Assembly: GCA_035495615.1 (NCBI GenBank)
Contig: DATJFP010000088.1
Coordinates: forward strand, 41,763 to 105,762
DNA: 64,000 nucleotides
Source: Verrucomicrobiia bacterium
GTDB lineage: Bacteria; Omnitrophota; Omnitrophia; Omnitrophales; Aquincolibacteriaceae
Reading direction: 5' to 3'
The notes below the pieces were generated by a model, which was given only the letters and a program-made list of their open reading frames with translations, searched no databases and was not told the DNA's origin. The translations under genes and the position numbers were made by a program. This document shows, piece by piece, positions 39,301-48,300 of the stretch. Position 1 is the first letter of the stretch; each line of letters begins with the position of its first letter.

Positions 39301-42300
39301 ATGTCCGCGACAATCGCGGTAACGCGGGCGTTGATTTCGCCCTCGATCGCGCTCCTCAAGGTTTCTCCCTTGATCTGTTTCGCCCGCGGCAACAAGGCTT
39401 CGGCGGCGTGCACGTTGGCATCGCCCGGAAGGAGGGCCGCAAGATCGCCGCGGATCGCTACTGCTTTTTCATCGTCGCTTCTCAAACGTTCGCGGATGGC
39501 CGAGAGCGCCGCCGCGACATCTTCCGCAATCTGGTCACGCACGCGTTCGGGCACGCGCGTCTCGATGGCTTGGACCTGGGCAGGCGTCGCGGTTTCGGGA
39601 TCGAGCTGGCCGAGGTCCTGTTTGGCCGCCGTGACGGCTTCGCGGTCCGCGGCGATGCGCCTCGTGATGGCGTCCATCTTGCCGCGCGCCAGATCGCGAA
39701 GGCCTGCGGCTTCCGAGGTAAGCGCGTCTTCGAGGCGCTGGACCTGCGTGTCGACTTCGGCCGCCGCGCTCAACTCGGTCAAGGCTTCCAGTTTTCCGCG
39801 GATGTTTTGGACGATCCCGCCCACTTTCGCGTTGATTTCATCCCGCACGGTTTCTCTCAGAGCGGGGTTCTTGATGTCCGCGGTCTCCGTCAAAAGGGCT
39901 TCGGCTTCTTTGACAGCGGCCGTTTCAACCGGCAGCAGTCCAAGCCGCTCACGAATGCTTTGCGCTTTTTGTCCGTCGGTTTCGATGCGCTGGCGGATCG
40001 CAAGCAGGGCCGCCTGCGCTTCGGTGCTCACCTGGCCGCGCAGACGTTCAGCAAGACCGTTCACGACGGCTTCGACATCGGTGGCCGCGGCTTCATTTAT
40101 ATTAAGGCTCGTGATCGCCTGCTTCGCCTGGCTTACGGCGAGCTCGTCCGCCCGGATCCTTCTCTCGATGGCGGCCGATTTTTCTTCCGCAAGCGTGCGC
40201 AGCCGGCCCGCTTCGGACGTGGCCGCGTCTTCCAGCCTCGGCGTAATCGCCGTCACGCTGGCGGGCTCGTTCTGGTCCGTCACGGCATTCAATTTCCCTT
40301 CGATGTCCGCAACGATCGCTTTGACTTTCTGATTGATCTCGCCTTCGACCGCGGAGCGCAGCGTTCCGTCTTTGATCTGCCCGGCGCGGGTCAGCAGCGC
40401 TTCCGCGTCTTTGATCGCCGCCGTATTGGCAATCGCTCCGAGGTCACCCCGGATGGCCGCCGCCTTTTCGGTATCGCCCTGCGTGCGTTCGCGAATCGTG
40501 GCGGCCGCGGCATCCGCTTCGGCCTTGACCTGATCACGCACCCGTTCGGGCACGCGATTGCGAAGGGCTTCTACGTCGTCCACCGCGGCCGTGTCCAGAT
40601 TGAGCGCCGCGATCGCCTGCTTGGCTTCGCGCACGGCGCGTTCGTCCGCGTCGATCCGGTTTTGAATGGCCCTGGATTTCTGCTCCGCCAACTCCCGCAG
40701 CCGGGCCGCTTCCGGCGTCACCGCGCCTTCAAGCCGCGACGTCTGGGCCGTCACTTCTTGGGCCGTGCTGAGTTCCGTCAAGGGCGTCAGCTTCGTTTCG
40801 ATGTCCGCGGCGATCTGGCCGGTCTTGGCATTGATCTCGCCTTCCACGGCCGGACGCAGCACCGCATCTTTGATCTGCGCCGCGCGGGGAAGCAGCGCTT
40901 CCGAATCCGTGAGCTTGGCCGTCGCGGCGGCGATACCCTGCAGGTCCGAACGAATCGCCGCGGCTTTTTCTCCGTCGCCCCGCGTGCGGTCGCGGATCGT
41001 GGCAATGGCCGCGTCCGCTTCGGTCTTCACCTGCTCGCGCACCCGCTGGGGCACCCCATTGCGGAGGGCTTCCACTTCGTCCACCGTGGCCGTGTCCAGA
41101 TTGAGCGCCGCGATCGCCTGCCTGGCGCCGCTCACTGCGAGCGTGTCGGATTCGCCGCGGCCGGAGATGGCCTGAGACTTTTGGCCTGCCAGCTCCCGCA
41201 GCCGGGCCGCTTCCGGCGTCACCGCGCCTTCGAGCCGCGCCGTCTGGGCCGTCACCTGGTCGGCCGTGCTTTCGTCCGTCAAGGCGTTCAACTTTCCTTC
41301 GATGTCCGCGACGATCCGCGTCACGACCGCGTTGATTTCGCCTTCCACGGTCGTCCGCGCGGTCTGGTCCTGAATCTTTGCGGCGCGCTCGAGCAGCGCT
41401 TCCGCGTCTTTGATGTTCGCGGCCGCCGGCACGATCCGTCCGAGATCCGCGGCAAGGGGCCCGCGAAGCGCCGTGTCTTCTTCGCCCCGCTTTAAGTCAT
41501 CCCGCCGCCGTTGAGCCCCTGCCAAAATCACGTCGTAGGCGCTTCTTTCATCCCCGGCGAACGTCACCCCCGTCACAAGCCGTTCCGCTTCATCAAGTTT
41601 CTGCTGCGCCTCGGCCGCTGTGTCCGCAGCCTGGGCTGCGGCAAGCAATCCGACCAGCGAAACAACATTGCCTCGGCGCGTTACCTGCTCTTGTTCGGCT
41701 CGCTTCAAGTCGCGCTGCTTTACGCGCAGGGCTTCGAGGGCTTCGGTATAACGGGCTTCTTCCTGGCCGGCAAATGTGACCTGGCTGCGCAGTGCCGTGA
41801 CGGTCGCGATCGTGGCTTCCGCCTGCGTCGACGAGGTCGGCTCCACGGCCAAAAGAGCCATCAGGTGCCGGACTTTTCCCGAACGTTCGGCTTCCGCATC
41901 TTCGTCCGTCTTGAGACGCTGCGCGGCTTCGCGTGCAAGCCCGAGCGCATCGGTGTACTGCCGCTGTTCATTCCCCTGAAATTGGACGCGGCCTGCAAGG
42001 TCTTCGGCTTCTCGGATCATTTCCTCGGCTTCGGATGCCGTTGCGGCGCGCTGCGCGCCTGTCAGCAGGCTCTGGATGCGGCGCACCGAGGCTTCGCGGT
42101 CCGCGACAAGTGCCCGATGCTCGGCGATGAGTCCGGCCAGCGCGCGCGTGCGAGTGCTTTCAGCGGCGCCTTCCAGCCTTTTTTCCTGGAGGTCGAGGAC
42201 GCCTGTGTCATAAGTGCTCGTGACCTGGGTCCGGATATTGGATTCGATGGCAAGCGCGGTTTGTTCGACTTCCCCTTCGAGCGTCGTGCGCAGGCCTTGA

Positions 42301-45300
42301 TTGCGGACGCGCGCCACGTCCTTCAGCACGGCTTCCGCTTCCGCCAGCGTGGCCGTCGCCGCTTTCACATTCAAATTCGCGAGCGCGTCACGTACGGTCC
42401 TGGCCAGGGTTTCTTCCTGCGCCACGGCTTCCTGGATGGCTTTCTTTTTCTGTCCCGCCAGCGCCTGGAGCCACGGCTGGGCCGCGGGATTGAAACGCCT
42501 TTCCTGCGCCTCGACCGCGCTGACGGCCGCGGTTTCGTCCATCGCGGTCAGCGTTTCCTGGATGTTGTCAATGAGGCTGCCGATCACGCGGCCGACTTCG
42601 CCCTGCCACGCCTGACGCACGCCTTTGTTCTGGATCTGATTGACCCGCTGATAAAGCATTTCCGCGTCGCTGATCTGGGCAGTCGTAAGGTCGAGGCCCT
42701 CGATCGCTTCCATCACGCCTACGGCAATCTCATCGTCTTTGCGGATCCTGTCGCGGATGGCCTGGCGCACGGTCTCGGCTTCTGCGGCAATGCGCGTCTG
42801 GAGAGGTTCCCGCAAAGTCGCGGCCACGGCGTTCACGTCTTCTTCCTTCGCGGTCTTCGGATCGATCTTGCTCAGTTTCCCCAGAACGTCCTGCACGCTC
42901 GCCGCGTCTTCAGTTTCCTGCAGGGCCATGAGATCCAGCACTTCCACGACCTGTTTGTCCCCGCGCACGGCGTCTTGGAGCCGCAGCGGAAGCGCAGTGA
43001 TCGCGGCTTCCACGTCCTGGGAGGCCGCTTGCCCGATCACCATGCTCGTGATGGCGGCGATCGTCTGCGTTTTCATCGCTTCGTCTTTCTGCTCACGGGC
43101 CGTGATCGCGCGGGTCATCTCCTCCACCTTGCTGCTCAGCCTTTTGAGGACGTCTTCCGGAAGGCGGAGGGCCATATCTTCGGGAAGACGGAACATGACG
43201 GCGTTGACCTGAGGCACGGTAGAGGTCTCGACCGGAAGAGCGCCGATCTCGGCAACCAATCCGTCGATAAAGGCGGAGTCGCTCGCCGCCTGGAAACGAT
43301 CATGGACCGCCTTGACGCCGGCCGTGAGATCCGTGCGCAGATTTCCGCGGTAGCCGCGGGTCCGTTCGCTCTGAGCGGCAAGCTCGTCTTCATTTTTGAC
43401 TCCGGCCAGACGCTCGACGACGTTCTGCGCCACCTTCTCCTGCTGCGCGGCCGCGGCCTGTTCGATCTGGTCCCGGTAAGCGCGGCCAGGCGCAAATCCC
43501 AGCAGCCGCAGCCCCTGTTGGACAAAAGCCGAGACGTCGCGCACCGACACCTCGCGCGCGTCGATTTCCCCGATTTGCCGGACAAGGTCTTCCACGGCAC
43601 TATCCATTCTCTGCCGGCTCCGCTGTTCGCGGCTTTCGGCAAGGTCACGCTGTCTTTTCTGTTCACGGGCCTGACGCGCCTGGTCGACCGGCACGGCTTC
43701 GAGTTGTTCGACCGCGGTTTCGCGGGCCTGTTCTTCCGGCTGTGGCACGGGCTTGGGCTGTTCTTCGGCCACTTCGGCCGCGGGAACTGACTGGACCACG
43801 AGCGAATACAGATGCGCAATGTCTTTGTATTCCTGGAGGACGAGCTTGATGACTTCCGTACGCGTCTGCACGGCCATCTCGAAAAGCGCCTGCTTTCTGC
43901 CTTGCGCGGTTTCATCCGCATCGGTCGTCGACTGCTGTTTCAGCGCCTCGAAAAGCGCGCGGATGAGCGCCGGGAGCTGGGCGAGTTTTTCCTGGACGGC
44001 CAGAAGCTGGCGCGCGGTCTGTTCGCTGGACAATTCTTCTTCGCTGGCAAGGCGTAAGGTTTCCAGGGTGTCGCGAAGGCTGTGGAGTCCCTGCACGAAG
44101 TTCGCGCCGTCCTGATAGCCTTCGCTCAGCTTCGAATAAATATCGCGGTAGGCCACACCGATGGCCTGGACCGCGTTGTCTTGGGCCGCCCGCAATTTCT
44201 CATCCAGGCTTCCGAGCGCTTCATCGAGCTGCTGGATGCGTTCGGTGAAACGCACGCGCAGCGCCTCGGCCCGGGTCTGGATTTCAGTGCCTTCATAATA
44301 AGATTCCCGTGACAAGGCAGCCAGCTGCTCCATGACCACGTCCCGAAGCCGCCACAGGGTGTACTGTTCGTTTTCGATGACCCCGGCCGCTTCACGCACC
44401 AGCGGGAATTGCCCCGCGGGCTGCTGCAGCTGGGCCTCAAGCTCTGATATATAGGAAGCGGTGTGCCCGAGCTCCTGGTCCGTTTCGCGTTCGATTGTGT
44501 TCAAACGGCGCGTCAGCACGCCCATGTTATATTCCGCGATTTGCCGGATCTTCTCGTCCGCGGCGGCGCGGACGCGGTCTTTGAGATTCGCGGGTAGGAG
44601 ATCGACCAGCCGGTTGACTTCCGCGGGCGTGCCGACCGGAACCGAGACTTTCGTCTCGATGGCGGCCGTGACTTTTTGCACCTGCAGGTCGTCGAGCTTG
44701 CCCAGGGAAGCGGCGCCGCGCGCAATAACCGCGGCAAGCGCCTGCCTTCTGGATTTCAAAAATTCAATTTCGCTTCGCACGCCGGGATCCACGGCGTCCG
44801 GATTTTTTCCGAAGGCATCTACCTTCGCGTCGAACTGCGCGAGCGTCCTATCCGCTTCCTCCCGGATTTTCCCGATCTGGAGCCGGATCGTGTCGAAGAT
44901 GCTAGTCGTTTCTTCGGTGAGGTTCGGGACGTTCATGAGGCTTTCGGCGACTTCGAGGCTGCGGATCAGCCTCGTCTCTTCCGTTTCGTAGAAAGCGCGG
45001 GCTGCGGTGACTTCGCCCTTCAAGGCCAAAACGCGTTTTTCCGTGAGTTGGATTTTACGCGTCAGTTCCCGGATCCCGGCCTGGGCGTCTTCGGTCACCC
45101 TCTTCAGGGAATCGTCGAGCTCGCGGAGAAGGTCTTCGGGTTCTTCCGTCGTCCTCAATTCCGCGCGCAGGCCGACAGCAAGCTGGGGCATCTGGCGGGC
45201 ATTCCCATTCAAGCTTGCGAGAAGCTGGCTGCGTCCTTCGCTTCCGAGACCCGCAAAATAGGCATCGGGCCGGCCGAGCAGTTCGCCGATCAGGGCCAGG

Positions 45301-48300
45301 ATTTTTCGGACCGCTCCCGCCGACGGAGTCTGCTTGAGTCCCGCCAGCGTCTGTCCCGCTTCCGCGATCGCTTTCTTGGCATCGACCGCCGCGGGCTGCT
45401 GCACGGGTTGGCGGGCCCGCTCGAGCGCACGCGCGATGCCGGGAAGATCGCGGATTTCAGGAGGCAGGGCTTCGAGAGTCTTGGCAATTTCGGCGACTGG
45501 TTCCGGGACCATCTCCGGATCGAGCTCGGGCGTCAGCGAAACATCGAGGGCATGCTGGATATTATTGTAGAGCAGATTCCCTTCTGTCCCCGTGGCCTTG
45601 TCTTCGTAAGAGAGCTTCTTAATAATGTAGTCGCGCAGGTCCGCCATTGCGAGAGCGATCGTGCCGGCCTGAATCTGGCGCGCGGCAAACAGAATCGCGT
45701 GATGGTCATACGTAATGCCCGTCGTATCCGAAACCTTGGGCATGTTCGCGGCGCGGTCTTCTTTCCAAAGGTCCTCATTGCTCATGGCCGCTTCCGGGAA
45801 GGCCTTGTTATGCTGGCGCAGCGATGCTTCCTCAAGCAAATCCAGGACGGCGTTCCGCTGCTGGCCGCCGAGCGCGTTCCAAGCCGCTTCGTCCGACCGG
45901 CGGATCAATTCGATCTGGTCGCGCAGCGCCTGCTGCAACTGCCCGGCCGCCTCTTCCCGCTGGATTTGGGAAGTCCACGCCTGCGGCAATTTATCGAGGA
46001 TCCAACGCTGTACCTGGACCGAATAATCCGTGACTTTCTTTTCCGTGGCCGTGCGCGGAACGGTGAGGCTCATCGGGTCTCCCGGCTGGACTTGCAGCCG
46101 GTCCAGATGCATCAGGAAATGAATGAGCGCGTTCTTTTCCTGCTTCGTCCACGACGTAAGCTCGGAGTTCCACCGCTGAAGCCCCATGAACCGGTTTCTC
46201 GAGAGATCGTAGCGGCGCTTTTCGATTTCCGGACGCGGGCGCTCCACAGCGCCTTCCTGGAACCGCAATTCGCCTTTCAACGCGGCCTGGCCGAGGTCGG
46301 TAACGACGACGCTGATCTGGCCGGGCTGCACCTTGCCGAGCGCTTCCGTGACGGCCGGATCCCTGACCAAGTGCGCATCCACGGGCCCGGAATAATAGTT
46401 GCTGTCGCCGAGCTCCAGCCGGTTCAAACGGTCGGGCTGTTTGAAAAGCCCGCGGGCTTCCGAATCCTGGCTGCGAAGCACCTTCGCAAAAAGGCGCAGC
46501 GCCTGTGTCTTGTCTTCGCCCGTCTGCCACAAAAACTGGTTCGGACCTTTCCGCTCCAGCACGCCGCCGAAACGGTTGACGATCGCGAGGAGACCCTGCT
46601 GGTATTCCGCAGGAATTTCCGCGGCGATTTTCTTACGCATTTCCTCGAGCGCCTGCTCAGGAGTATTGCTTTCGAAGATGCTTTCGACGATCGTCAGGGT
46701 CATGAGGAAAAAGGCGTGCGCGTATTCAGGATCGCGGGCGATGAAATCGGCGGCTTCCTGGCGGAGACCCAGGCTCGCCGCATTCAGAAATTCGCGCGCC
46801 TTGGGCGATTTTTCGATGACCATGTGCCAGGCCGCGAGCTGGAAGCGCGGGTCGCTCAGGCTTTGCTGCTGGGGCGGGAGGAAAGTCTCCACCAGCCGCG
46901 TTTCGAGCGGCATCGGCTTCTGGCTGAGGGCGTCCACGTAAAGCTGCGTTTCCTTGGTGTCGTCGATCTGGCCGTGGATCCGCGGCGCGATCACAAGGAA
47001 AGAATAATCGTTTTCCTTGAGATAGGCCTCGATGCCGGGCGTATGGAAACCACCGGTAATGATCGCCATGATCTGCTGCTTCCCGGATTCCATTTCCCCG
47101 ACCGCTCTCTCGATCAGGATCTTGTCGCGTTTGAGAGCTGCGGAATAATAACGCTCCACGCGGCCAAGATCCTGATCAAGGATCTCCAAAAGGGACGGCA
47201 ATCCATTGGAGAACTGATGTTGCTTTAAGAGCGGTACGAGGAAATTACGGAATGTCTCTGCCTTGAATTCGTCGCGGTATGTGTAGAAAAAGTCTGCGTC
47301 CTGCTTGGTCAGGGTGAAATTGAACATCTTCTGGTAAATCTCGAAAATGCGGAACAGCCGGTCCAGCTGCACTTCCTCTTCGTTGCGGAACAGCTTGTTC
47401 TTGATGTCCCGCTCGAGCGCCTCGATCTCGCTGAAGATCGCGACGTCGATCGAATCGTAGAGCCTCATATATTTAAGGTAGCGCAGGACCTCGTCGTACT
47501 TCTGGGCCAGCTCTTCCTGCCCGGCCCCCTGCGTCGACTGCATGTTCTGGATTTCGACCTGGAGATAGCCGTAATAGTCCGCGCGCTTCATCTTCTTCAT
47601 GCGGAACTGGACCGTGTTGGTCAGAAACTCGGAGAGTTTTTCACGCGTGAGGACGTTTTTCAGGTCGTTGATCAGGTCTTCGATGCTTTTTTCGGCTTTG
47701 TCGAAATCGATTTCTTTTTCGAGATCGATGAGCGAGAGAAGCGAGTGCATGCCCGGATAATCGTAAAGGGCGATGTTTTCTTTGCGGGCCGTTTCCACGA
47801 GATGGCGGACGTAACTCACGAGTTCGTTGCCGCCGGACTGGAAGGCCTGCCGGTAATGCAGCATGTCCCGCAGATCATCGGAGAAAACGAACCGGGAAAC
47901 ATCGTCCATCAGCTTTCCGAGGTCCGCCAGAACTTTTTCGTCTCGGTCTTTGTATTGCAGGGCGTCGAGATAAGCGCGCCTGTTTTCTTCATAGATCTGG
48001 CGGTCTTCCACGCCGTACAGGTTCAGTTCCGGCCGGTCGACGATCGCGAGGTATTCGGGCCCCGTCAAACGGGCTTCTTTCAAAAAGTAATCCGCGACAT
48101 TTTTGCGGGCTTCTTTGTTCGGAAAAAACGAAAAGAGTTCGGTGAAGAGTTCGCCCTCGGCGCCTTCCAGGTTGATCAGTTTAAGACCGTAATTTTTGGC
48201 GAAATAATCAAGGATGCCCGCGATGTTGCGCTGGGCCTCTTCATTTGCATGAGCGTCCTGGATGTGGATGACGATGCGGTCGCGGGAACCCTGGAAGTTT

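Noticed and set aside
38050-41480. Possible CRISPR or other non-coding repeat array
   Set aside because: The period is 465 nt, not 28-37 nt. The repeats are in-frame protein-coding units with conserved amino-acid motifs. No spacer/repeat structure and no cas genes are present.
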